A stretch of 64,000 nucleotides of DNA from Candidatus Saccharimonadales bacterium (GTDB taxonomy: Bacteria > Patescibacteriota > Saccharimonadia > Saccharimonadales > 2-12-FULL-41-12), in contig JANWLD010000003.1 of NCBI GenBank assembly GCA_025451045.1, forward strand, positions 69,690-133,689, in the 5' to 3' direction. The position numbers and the translations under genes were made by a program. Positions 9,766 through 18,245 of this stretch are shown here, one piece after another. The notes beneath the pieces were generated by a model. It was not told where the DNA came from. It made no database searches and saw nothing but the letters and a program-made list of their open reading frames with translations. Each line of letters begins with the position of its first letter. The first letter of the stretch is position 1.

Positions 9766-11022
9766 TTATTTCCTTTCGATTACGATGAGTTCACGTCCGA
9801 CAACCTGATCAGGTCTGTGATATATCAAATCGTCATTAGCAACGCGTGAGAATTTCAACCTATTGTACCCCAGTTGTTCTAATTTATCAAGGGTGGGGAG
9901 GCGAGTGAAGCCGCTTTTGGTCTTCCAGGCAGGGACGGCGATGCAGAGTCGAAAACCCGGTTTGGTTTGCGAAGAGATGTTTTTTAAGAATTTTTTAATA
10001 ATTGTGTCGCAGTCACTGACAATTTTTTTCAATGTTTGGTTGTCAGGCAAAGACGATAACGGGCGGCCTAAGAATGCTTCGCCGGCGATGACATCAGGCT
10101 TCGTTGTCCAGCGGTAGTTGGTCGCGTCGGCCTGCTCTAACCCCTTGAGCGAACCGCCGAAAGCGAAGGTATCTTCCAGCCAGTCTATGTTTTGTTGGCT
10201 ATATTCAACCATCCGCGGCTCTATGTCGCTGCCGAAGACGCCATAACCCATAAGCATCGCTTCCTGCAAAATTACGCCGGTACCGCAAAACGGGTCCAGC
10301 AGTAGCACGCCATCGTAATGATAGGCCGGAATCGGCTCGTCCGGCGGGATTTCGCAGACCGATTGGCGTGATTCTTCCGGTAATATTCCAGTAGCTAGGT
10401 TGATAATTATCTGGGCCAGTTTGGGCGGCAGCATGCCGACGCGGGCATCGCGGGCGGGTCGGGCTTGGTCGCGCCGGGAATAGCTTTCGATATCCTGTAC
10501 TTTTACGGTTTGGGCTACGATGGTGCTTTTGCCGTCGCGAATAAAAACCAGCTCCCAGCCGGTTGGCCCGGTCAGCTGGTTGTGGGTTACTTGCGCGGCA
10601 TTAAGCTCGGGCGATTTATTGGGGACAACGCGGACATTTCGGCCGGTCTTCTTAATAGCAGTCTTAAGTGTCAGAGCAGTGGCGTTCAGCTGTTTTATAC
10701 CGACATTCAGGCCGACTACGCTTAGCCCTAAGCGCATTTTGCCCTCAACCATCCGTTGGCTATGGCCGGGCGAAACCTGCACTAGAAATTTTTCAATCTC
10801 TTTCCAGTCGATAGTGTCGAGGGTAGTTAGGACGTTACAAAATTTTAAGCTGCCGCCTAAACGGTCAAAGGCAAATAAACAAGGGTCCACATCTACAATA
10901 GTGGTTTTTTCACCGACTGGCCGGACTTTTTTGCTGCCGTATAGGCTTTCCAGCTCAGCCCGGCCTAGTGCCGGTTGCCGCCCATGGACTATCAAACTTT
11001 GCATTGTTACAGTATAGAACAA
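9766..11022 (-). CDS. Class I SAM-dependent (RNA) methyltransferase, UPF0020/RlmL-Trm11-like
   Basis: Motif I LLDPFCGTGVILQEA followed by GSDIEPRMV. The N-terminal half is of unknown fold. The start may be the second Met (MQSLIV). Confidence 0.7.
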   Translation of the reverse strand: MFYTVTMQSLIVHGRQPALGRAELESLYGSKKVRPVGEKTTIVDVDPCLFAFDRLGGSLKFCNVLTTLDTIDWKEIEKFLVQVSPGHSQRMVEGKMRLGLSVVGLNVGIKQLNATALTLKTAIKKTGRNVRVVPNKSPELNAAQVTHNQLTGPTGWELVFIRDGKSTIVAQTVKVQDIESYSRRDQARPARDARVGMLPPKLAQIIINLATGILPEESRQSVCEIPPDEPIPAYHYDGVLLLDPFCGTGVILQEAMLMGYGVFGSDIEPRMVEYSQQNIDWLEDTFAFGGSLKGLEQADATNYRWTTKPDVIAGEAFLGRPLSSLPDNQTLKKIVSDCDTIIKKFLKNISSQTKPGFRLCIAVPAWKTKSGFTRLPTLDKLEQLGYNRLKFSRVANDDLIYHRPDQVVGRELIVIERK

Positions 11023-11097
11023 TTGACTAACTATTGACTAATGTGGTATAATATATAAATAATGTATATAGAGGCTGTATAAGATAGGATTAACCAT

Positions 11098-11436
11098 ATG
11101 CCGGTAAGTGTGTTTGAAACTACGGAAAGTAACAACAGAAGGGAAATCATTGTTACGCCACAGAAGCCGAAAGTATATCGGAACCATTCCAGCCAAAGGG
11201 GCGGCGAGGTCATATTAGTCGCCACTTTCGAAGATGATACGATGGCGTTGATAATGAAAATTTCCCGTATGGCCCTTATGGCCAGCCGCGGTGAAGAGCC
11301 CTCTATGCGACGAATGATGAGGTTCGTTAATAGCATGGTAGTAGTGCGCCAGGGTATTGAAGTAGTAGATTACGAACCGAACCCTGGTAGGACCGAACTC
11401 TTTGAGGTCCAGCATTTATCAACTGCTAATAACTAA
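11098..11436 (+). CDS. Hypothetical protein
   Basis: 112-aa ORF with globular-looking composition. It overlaps a hydrophobic antisense ORF (11031..11336) that looks like a shadow frame. Confidence 0.35.
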   Translation: MPVSVFETTESNNRREIIVTPQKPKVYRNHSSQRGGEVILVATFEDDTMALIMKISRMALMASRGEEPSMRRMMRFVNSMVVVRQGIEVVDYEPNPGRTELFEVQHLSTANN

Positions 11437-11708
11437 ATTTGATCTATACGGTGTTTGCGCGGCGGGCGGACATCAAATTCCAGAGGGGCTTCACGAAAGG
11501 CATTCATCGCCACTTCGCCGATACGCCTGACTGAGTGCAAGCTGCTCATAACAGTTTCGCCGGCACTTTTTACGACTGTTTTGAACCTTTCCCCGCTGGA
11601 TTCCGGGGTACGGAGGCTTGCGCCTGAAGAACTGTGGTTTGCTACGCTATTATTTGCCATAGAAAACATATTATATATAGGATTTTCGGCGGTCAGCAAA
11701 ATTGTCAA
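11433..11708 (-). CDS. Hypothetical small protein
   Basis: 91-aa ORF with no motifs. The competing + strand ORF 11455..11859 runs into repeat DNA. Confidence 0.35.
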   Translation of the reverse strand: MTILLTAENPIYNMFSMANNSVANHSSSGASLRTPESSGERFKTVVKSAGETVMSSLHSVRRIGEVAMNAFREAPLEFDVRPPRKHRIDQI

Positions 11709-11811
11709 AATGGCCTGTTTTTTAGCGCTAAAATGCTTATTTTTATATCAAAAAAGATATTTTTACCAAAAAACAATAAAAATTATTTCGATAAAGGTCT
11801 TCGACCTTTTT

Positions 11812-11990
11812 ACCGACCCGCTTTTGGTGTCAAAAGCGGGACAAAACCACCGGGACTAGTTCAATATCTTTATTGTTTCATTGCCCAAGCCAACAACAGC
11901 CTGCGGAACTCGCTATCGCTCAAACAGTCCTCGGCTATTAGTTGTTGTTTAGACATTTACCAATCAGGATATATCACAATGCCCGGACCC
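11812..11990. repeat. X element, copy 1 (179 bp)
   Basis: Identical to 34058-34236 apart from 4 mismatches, in the same orientation. It contains a 9-bp-stem hairpin (CCCGCTTTT-ggtgtc-AAAAGCGGG). It also carries a minus-strand 28-codon sORF (11870-11956, MSKQQLIAEDCLSDSEFRRLLLAWAMKQ). Confidence 0.9.
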
Positions 11991-12019
11991 ATGCCTGAAA
12001 ATACCAAGGTATTTTCTTT

Positions 12020-12244
12020 CCAGCATTTACAAAACCGAGTGAGGGACTTTTAATTTGACCGGGTGGAACGAAAAGCAACCCATTTCCTCCCTAAGAATCA
12101 TGAGATGGGCGACTGATAAGGAGTTTTTTCATTCAGGTCAAATTAAAACAAAGCGGACCTAGAGTTTTGTAACCTGCTGTCAGTTTTTGGATTCCGTTTT
12201 TGCTGACTCAAAAATGGAATGGTTTGGTTCTTGGCCACAAGAAC
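12020..12244. repeat. Y element, copy A (possible structured RNA)
   Basis: The 5' box 12020-12051 and the 58-nt core 12175-12232 match the reverse complement of 27999-28029 and 27836-27893; the core has 1 mismatch. An internal stem AATTTGACC/GGTCAAATT (12052-12060 / 12136-12144) and a terminal hairpin GTTCTT-ggccac-AAGAAC (12227-12244) are also present. Confidence 0.85.
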
Positions 12245-12271
12245 ATATTGGGTTCTTTTTAAAGAATGTCT

Positions 12272-12526
12272 TCAATTTATTGATTCTGGTTTTTCCGGAT
12301 GAAGGGTAACTACTACTTCGTTCGGGCCGCCTTCAGGCGGATCATAAATACCTCGTCTTTCAGGGATAGGAACTATTCGCATAAAGTGATTGCCGGTTCG
12401 CATAAAAGTCCGAGGTTTTTGTGGAGGATATTCAATAGGTACATCCGCGTTTATCGGCCGCTCTTTGCTTTCGCCTTTAGCCTGCCGGGCTAAGCCCATT
12501 AAAGATGATAATCTGCCGTTTGCCAT
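12272..12526 (-). CDS. Hypothetical small protein
   Basis: 84-aa ORF with no motifs. Confidence 0.4.
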   Translation of the reverse strand: MANGRLSSLMGLARQAKGESKERPINADVPIEYPPQKPRTFMRTGNHFMRIVPIPERRGIYDPPEGGPNEVVVTLHPEKPESIN

Positions 12527-12581
12527 AGAAAATAACCTTACAATACATTAAGGATAAAAGCAATAATGCTATCATAAAGTT

Positions 12582-12908
12582 ATGAAAAACAGGACTAAAC
12601 TCCAACAGGTAGGCTGGTGGGCAACCCTGTGGTGGGGCGTATCTTGTGCGTATGTCCTGTTGTTGGTCTGGCTGGCCGCCGACACCTATGCCGATATTTC
12701 CGAAAGCGCTGACTCACAAGGTTTTTTCTCTGACTGGCAATCAGCAGTTAGCAGTATTTACGCCGAAAATAGCTACTTGCCGGCATTACTCGGTTTTATC
12801 ATAGTTGTTTGGATTATCGGCGGTATCATCTGGCTAAAGGAACTTAAAAAGCAGAAAATCAGCTACAAAGCCGCCTTCAAAGATTTATTCCTGACCATCC
12901 GAAAATAG
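12582..12908 (+). CDS. Small membrane protein (2 TM)
   Basis: Two hydrophobic segments (WWATLWWGVSCAYVLLLVWLAA and LPALLGFIIVVWIIGGIIWL). Confidence 0.6.
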   Translation: MKNRTKLQQVGWWATLWWGVSCAYVLLLVWLAADTYADISESADSQGFFSDWQSAVSSIYAENSYLPALLGFIIVVWIIGGIIWLKELKKQKISYKAAFKDLFLTIRK

Positions 12909-12926
12909 TAAGTTCATAGACATTTT

Positions 12927-13574
12927 TTAGCCGTCGTCACGGCGGTTTTGCAGTATGAACAGACCGGCGCCTAGCAGGGCAAAGGCATAATCTTTGGTCG
13001 TTTCTGGCAGATTCTGGGCTGACAGGAAATTGATATATTGAGGATCGGCTATGAGTGCACTTTGGGTTTTTTCAGTAACAAAATTAGCAACTGTCGCCCC
13101 AGCTATAGCAACACTGGTCCGGAACCGGTCTGATATTCTACCAAATGCCGAAGTGGCCGCCCAGGCTCCGGTGTAACCGAGCACGGGATGGGCCAAACTG
13201 CTGGCAATAAACTTCGGAACTTCGGGTAGAGTGTTGGTGACACCGAGATATTCTGCGGTAGTAGCCAGTAAAGCCGCTCCGCCCAGGGCGCTGGCTGTGT
13301 ATACTTTAGTGCGCATACTTTCGGGTAGTGGCGGCAAGGACCCCAATTTTTCCGGAGCAACTGACTCAACTTGTTCATTCACCGTCCAATAATACCAGAC
13401 AAAACCGCCCGTTAGGAAATTAGCACAGAAAATGGCATAATATAGTAAATGGTTAATGTTGAGCCGGGACCGGCTACTCACGAAGTGTATGAAGCCCAAC
13501 AGGAAAACAGGCTTAGGGGTAAAGATTTGTCCGAAGCGTGCGGAATCTATAGCTTTCTTGTGCGCTACGAGCAT
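12927..13574 (-). CDS. Hypothetical membrane protein
   Basis: 215-aa ORF with several hydrophobic stretches. The start is uncertain. Confidence 0.5.
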   Translation of the reverse strand: MLVAHKKAIDSARFGQIFTPKPVFLLGFIHFVSSRSRLNINHLLYYAIFCANFLTGGFVWYYWTVNEQVESVAPEKLGSLPPLPESMRTKVYTASALGGAALLATTAEYLGVTNTLPEVPKFIASSLAHPVLGYTGAWAATSAFGRISDRFRTSVAIAGATVANFVTEKTQSALIADPQYINFLSAQNLPETTKDYAFALLGAGLFILQNRRDDG

Positions 13575-14000
13575 GGCGCTTTTAAGTTCAATAGTGTCAT
13601 CAATGACGTTAGGACGACTGCGCTAGGCTATCACGCGGTGTCGGTTAATATAGGTGTGCCGACTTCCACCAGAAACGGTTATCAGACAATGGTCAAAGCC
13701 AAAGACGGCTTGGTCTTGCCGCGGCATTTAATCGGCGGGCCGCTTCGGACGCTTTCTTTTCCTAGTCCGGAATCAGCTTATTTTTACAAGGAAGACAGGG
13801 AAGCAGACCTAGCGCCGGAAGAGCTTGCTTGGACCGGCGACGACACCGCAGAGGCCCTCAGTCTTTATGAAGGGCACGAGGAGCAAAAGCAGCAGCATTG
13901 GAAGCCGGGAGACAAAGTAATCCCGCATCCGTTGCTCGGCATCGGGCCGTTACTAGGCCTTGGCTTCGTAGTAGTGCCCAACCTCCGTCGCTCCCAATAA
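13449..14000 (+). CDS. Hypothetical protein (start uncertain)
   Basis: 183-aa ORF. The first 125 nt overlap the minus-strand ORF, so an internal start (for example MVKAKDG) is more plausible. Confidence 0.35.
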   Translation: MVNVEPGPATHEVYEAQQENRLRGKDLSEACGIYSFLVRYEHGAFKFNSVINDVRTTALGYHAVSVNIGVPTSTRNGYQTMVKAKDGLVLPRHLIGGPLRTLSFPSPESAYFYKEDREADLAPEELAWTGDDTAEALSLYEGHEEQKQQHWKPGDKVIPHPLLGIGPLLGLGFVVVPNLRRSQ

Positions 14001-14053
14001 AATTAAATAAAGATTAAACTTTCATTAAATAATTATTAATTTTCCTGTCAATT

Positions 14054-14203
14054 CAAAAACCCCTTAAAAATGTTATTTAGGCGTGAATTTGGGCTAAAAA
14101 TACTATAAATTCACGTTGTATTGACATTTAGGCGTGAATTTAGCCGCCAAAACGGTGTTTGGAAAATTGGGAAGTAATACCTACAAAAACCCCTTAAAAA
14201 ATG
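14054..14203 (+). promoter_or_regulatory. Repeat-rich control region upstream of and overlapping the hsdM start
   Basis: ATTTAGGCGTGAATTT occurs at 14075-14090 and 14126-14141, with the inverted half-site AAATTCACG at 14107-14115. CAAAAACCCCTTAAAAA(A)TG occurs at 14054-14072 and 14184-14203. TTGACA is at 14121-14126. Confidence 0.5.
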
Positions 14204-15726
14204 CTATGATTACTACTGTATTTCAGGAGTTAATTTTGGATATTCAACATTTAGAACAAAAACTTTGGCAATCTGCCGACAAACTACGAAACAACATGGA
14301 CGCGGCCGAGTATAAACATGTGGTGCTTGGACTTATTTTTCTCAAATACGTTTCAGATGCCTTTGCCGTACAGTACAAAAAAGCCGAAAAAGAGGGTTAC
14401 GACCCAGAAGACCGCGACTTTTACAAAATGGATAACATCTTTTGGGTGCCAAAAGAAGCCCGTTGGGATAATATTCGCGACAATGCGAAACAGCCCGAAA
14501 TAGGCAAACTACTTGATAATGCAATGGATGCCATAGAGCGTGAAAATACATCGCTCAAAGGTGTTTTACCGAAGAATTACGGTCGGGAAGCACTGGACAA
14601 AAGGCGCCTAGGGGAGCTAATAGACCTCTTCAGTACTGTTTCGCTTAACGAGGACGGGCACAAGAGCAAAGACCTTTTAGGCAGAATCTATGAATACTTT
14701 ATGGGCATGTTTGCCGATGCAGAGGGCAAGCGCGGCGGGCAGTTCTACACTCCGCGCAGTATAGTTCGCCTGCTTGTAAACATGGTTGAGCCTCATAAAG
14801 GCGCTAGAATTTATGACCCTTGCTGTGGTAGTGGTGGAATGTTTGTTCAGAGCGAAGAATTCGTAGAGGAACATTCTGGCAATATCGGCGATATTGCCAT
14901 TTACGGCCAGGAAAGCAACCAAACCACCTGGCGACTTATTAAGATGAACATGGCCATCCGCGGTATCGATGCAGATATCAAATACGGCGATACTTTGCAC
15001 AATGACCAGTTAAAAGATCTAAAAGCAGATGTTGTTTTAGCTAATCCGCCGTTTAATATAAGTGATTGGGGCGGTGAATTACTGCAGAGCGATGTTCGCT
15101 GGAAGTATGGCCCTCCGCCGAAGGGTAATGCTAACTTTGCTTGGGTTCAGCATTTTATCCATCATTTAAACCCAACCGGTACAGCCGGGTTTGTCTTAGC
15201 AAATGGTTCTATGAGTTCGCAAAGTTCCGGCGAAGGAGAAATCCGCAAAAACATTATCAAGGCAGATTTGGTAGATGCAATAGTTGCTTTACCAAGCCAG
15301 CTATTCTTTAACACTGGCATCCCAGCTTGTCTTTGGTTTGTTTCAAGAGATCGCAAAAATCGCAGCGGCAAAACTTTGTTTATCGACGCTCGCAATATGG
15401 GCAACATGATAAACCGCCGCAACCGCGAACTTACGGATGAAGATATAGTCAAAGTTGCAGAAATCTATAATGAATTTAAAAAATCAGGAACAGTAGAAGA
15501 TGTCCCCGGCTTTGCTAAAGTTTCAACTATAGATGAAATAAAAGAACATGACTATGTCCTTACGCCTGGTCGGTATGTAGGCGCAGAAGAAATAGAAGAA
15601 GACGACGAAACTTTCGAAGAAAAAATGCAAAAACTCACAACAGAACTAAAAGGACAATTTGCAGAATCCGACAAGTTAGAAAAGCAAATTAAAGAAAATT
15701 TAAAGAAGATCGGTTATGAATTATGA
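14134..15726 (+). CDS. hsdM: Type I restriction-modification system, N6-adenine DNA methyltransferase subunit
   Basis: HsdM N-terminal signature ([32 protein letters not shown]), SAM motif [10 protein letters not shown], and catalytic motif IV LANPPFN. The GTG at 14134 lies inside a repeat, so ATG 14206 (MITTVFQE) is the more likely start. Confidence 0.95.
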   Translation: MNLAAKTVFGKLGSNTYKNPLKNAMITTVFQELILDIQHLEQKLWQSADKLRNNMDAAEYKHVVLGLIFLKYVSDAFAVQYKKAEKEGYDPEDRDFYKMDNIFWVPKEARWDNIRDNAKQPEIGKLLDNAMDAIERENTSLKGVLPKNYGREALDKRRLGELIDLFSTVSLNEDGHKSKDLLGRIYEYFMGMFADAEGKRGGQFYTPRSIVRLLVNMVEPHKGARIYDPCCGSGGMFVQSEEFVEEHSGNIGDIAIYGQESNQTTWRLIKMNMAIRGIDADIKYGDTLHNDQLKDLKADVVLANPPFNISDWGGELLQSDVRWKYGPPPKGNANFAWVQHFIHHLNPTGTAGFVLANGSMSSQSSGEGEIRKNIIKADLVDAIVALPSQLFFNTGIPACLWFVSRDRKNRSGKTLFIDARNMGNMINRRNRELTDEDIVKVAEIYNEFKKSGTVEDVPGFAKVSTIDEIKEHDYVLTPGRYVGAEEIEEDDETFEEKMQKLTTELKGQFAESDKLEKQIKENLKKIGYEL

Positions 15727-17141
15727 GTAAAGATGAAGTGACTATATTTTATTCATGGCAGTCAGATGAACCTAAGACCCGAAGCTACATTGAAAAATAT
15801 CTAAAAAATGCTATTGACGGTGTAGCAAGCAAGCCCGATTTAGAAATATCACCTAGAATGGATAAGGACACGCAAGATGAAGTGGGCGCAGTTCATATTG
15901 CTGAAACTATAAAAAAGAAAATAGATAAATGTGGAATCTTCGTCGCTGATGTTAGTTTGGTTGATAAAGGGGCTTCAGGGCGTTTATTAGTAAATCAAAA
16001 TGTACTTTTTGAACTAGGTTATACAGTTGGCAAGAAATCAGAATCATCTGTAATTTTAGTTGCCAATACCGATTTAGGAGATTTAAAAAATCTTCCATTT
16101 GATATTGCATATAATCGTATAATAGGGTTTTCTTTAAAAAACGATCCAAAGGGAGAAAAGTTTCAAAAATCAATTGAGTTTGCCATCAATGCCCACTTGG
16201 AGACCATATCAGTTCAGGAAAAACAGGATGAGTCAGAAGTCCTCAAGGAAAATCTTCTTTCGGCGATTGATAACAATAAACCCACCCGAACCTTATCAGA
16301 AAAATATTTTTCACAGTTATATAAAAAAATTAATTCAAAAGCACCAAGTCGTTATAAATCTAGAGATAATATTAAAGAATATAGAGCTCAAATTTATAAC
16401 AACTACGAAACCACTAAACCTTTAACCGAAGAATTATTTGAAGTGTTATCTGTGGCAACGGAATATAAAAAAATTGACGTGATATTAACAGCCTATAAAC
16501 AGATTGAGATCATATCACAATATTACGATATTGTACCCGAAGATAATGGCCAAATGTACGATATTTCAAGAGATTTTTATGAATTAGTGGTGTATGAGAT
16601 TTTTTCTATAATTTTAGGCTGCGTAGCAAAAGAAAAGTTGTGGGAGATATTACCAGAGATAAATAGTATTAAGCTTCGAAGACCGAGTGGTTATGACAAG
16701 CCACGTACTCTAGAACGTCTTTATGGCTATCCTGGAGCTGTACTTGAATATTATAAAGAGCTAAAAGATGTTAATTATGTGATTCCTATGACACCTATGG
16801 TAGAAGAAAGGTTTAAAGATAGAGAAGACATTCTGCAAGCTTATCTTAATGGATGTTTGCTCATGTATTTTATGGTTAATAACCATCCTTGGTTAGTGGG
16901 CTTACTCCTTGGAAGCTCTTGGCAACGATATATTCCGGACTTTATAGGAGAATTCCGAAAAAAAAGTTTTATAAATATTCTTCAAAAAATACCCAACGTA
17001 GCTTCTATAGATGAATACCGCACATACCTTTGGAGTCAAATAAATAGAGATATGGGGCACTGGTCATATTCGCAAGATAACTTACTTCCTGTATTCATGA
17101 TGGAAGGCATTAACCAAAAAGAAGATATAGGAAAAGAGTGA
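15723..17141 (+). CDS. TIR-like (nucleotide-binding/NADase-fold) N-terminal domain protein with a roughly 300-aa helical C-terminal domain of unknown function
   Basis: The N-terminal 150 aa show a beta-alpha pattern: [30 protein letters not shown] (Glu codon at 16011-16013) and SVILVAN. This resembles the bacterial TIR-like family consensus (..NVIFELGYF..). The start overlaps the hsdM stop (ATGA). Confidence 0.55.
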   Translation: MSKDEVTIFYSWQSDEPKTRSYIEKYLKNAIDGVASKPDLEISPRMDKDTQDEVGAVHIAETIKKKIDKCGIFVADVSLVDKGASGRLLVNQNVLFELGYTVGKKSESSVILVANTDLGDLKNLPFDIAYNRIIGFSLKNDPKGEKFQKSIEFAINAHLETISVQEKQDESEVLKENLLSAIDNNKPTRTLSEKYFSQLYKKINSKAPSRYKSRDNIKEYRAQIYNNYETTKPLTEELFEVLSVATEYKKIDVILTAYKQIEIISQYYDIVPEDNGQMYDISRDFYELVVYEIFSIILGCVAKEKLWEILPEINSIKLRRPSGYDKPRTLERLYGYPGAVLEYYKELKDVNYVIPMTPMVEERFKDREDILQAYLNGCLLMYFMVNNHPWLVGLLLGSSWQRYIPDFIGEFRKKSFINILQKIPNVASIDEYRTYLWSQINRDMGHWSYSQDNLLPVFMMEGINQKEDIGKE

Positions 17142-17168
17142 GCTGGATTGTTTATTTGGAATTAAATC

Positions 17169-18245
17169 ATGAGTAAACCAACTCTAAGTATTTATACCTT
17201 CAAGTTCGTTGTACGCGCCAATAGCTGGGACGATGTAGTATCAATATTAAAAGATGAGCTTGGTATTACGAAAAAACGAAACTCTAGTGACCGAAAAATA
17301 AGCGGCCTCTATCTTGTATCCTGTATTATTGATGATAAAGATATCACGAAAAATTTTTACAAAAAAATTGCTAAGTCCAATAATATAGTCATTCATTCAG
17401 ACGGTAAGTCTACTTCATTGTACCCAAAAATTTTAAAAGAAACTCAGATAGTCGAAGAAAAATTACGCTGGCTCCTGCTCCACGTAAGCGATGCAATAGA
17501 AGATTACGTAAAATTACTAGGGTATGAAAAAAACGATATTGTAGAAAATAGCAGCCTTGATCCACTTACTTCTAAATTAAGCTTTGAGACCATACTTGAT
17601 TTACTAGAAATAGATCAGTCATGGGCGAGAGATGGTGTAGATGATGGAAAGATGCGTCATCTTATAAAAAATAGTAGTGATTTTGCAACCTTTAAATCTA
17701 AATATATAGAGAAAACAACACCGAAAACAGTCTGGGGATCTATAAGCGACCTAGTGCTAGAACGACCTATAAAGTGGGAAACTATTTATAAAAAGCTTCA
17801 TAGTATACGAATACTTCGTAATAAGTGCGCGCATTTTCATACTGTAACAAGTGATGATTTTAGTCAGGCAAAGCATTTACGCACACAAATTATGAAAAAC
17901 CTAACGAAGAAAAGTTCATATACCTCTACGGATATTAAGACACTAACGGAACTTAGTAAGCAAATGGTAGAAACCGTAAGAACGCTACAGACGAGTTATT
18001 ACAAAGATATTGCTAAGTTAACCAATGCCTCTTTCTCTGCGCAGCAAGCATTAGCAAATCTTTCGGGGGGCGCGTATCAATCTCCATCAATAGCAGAGCT
18101 GGCAAAATCTGTAACACGAATGGTCAACAAAATGTATGCACCGGTGTTTAGTAGTGACTATTATAAACTTGCATCAAGAATGCCAGTATCGGGTCTAAAA
18201 GATAACGACAGTTCTCCTACTAAAAAGACAGGGGAAAAGCAATGA
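17169..18245 (+). CDS. HEPN-domain protein (Swt1-like / Abi-like putative RNase)
   Basis: Rx4H motif ILRNKCAH (17817-17834), preceded by the helical pattern EEKLRWLLLHV typical of Swt1-type HEPN domains. Confidence 0.6.
   Translation: MSKPTLSIYTFKFVVRANSWDDVVSILKDELGITKKRNSSDRKISGLYLVSCIIDDKDITKNFYKKIAKSNNIVIHSDGKSTSLYPKILKETQIVEEKLRWLLLHVSDAIEDYVKLLGYEKNDIVENSSLDPLTSKLSFETILDLLEIDQSWARDGVDDGKMRHLIKNSSDFATFKSKYIEKTTPKTVWGSISDLVLERPIKWETIYKKLHSIRILRNKCAHFHTVTSDDFSQAKHLRTQIMKNLTKKSSYTSTDIKTLTELSKQMVETVRTLQTSYYKDIAKLTNASFSAQQALANLSGGAYQSPSIAELAKSVTRMVNKMYAPVFSSDYYKLASRMPVSGLKDNDSSPTKKTGEKQ

Noticed and set aside
11634-12053. 139-aa + strand ORF (also 11455..11859) spanning the X element and entering Y. 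Similarly 27862..28143 (-) and 27930..28154 (+) lie over Y copy C, and 34277..34591 (-) lies next to X copy 2.
   Set aside because: The frames are not conserved between repeat copies. The copies align as nucleotide/structure modules while the predicted peptides differ. These ORFs also cross hairpins and module boundaries.
14134-14205. First 24 codons of the track's hsdM ORF (GTG start).
   Set aside because: The GTG lies inside the repeated GGCGTGAATTT motif, and the segment contains a second copy of an upstream repeat. The HsdM-like sequence begins at Met 14206.
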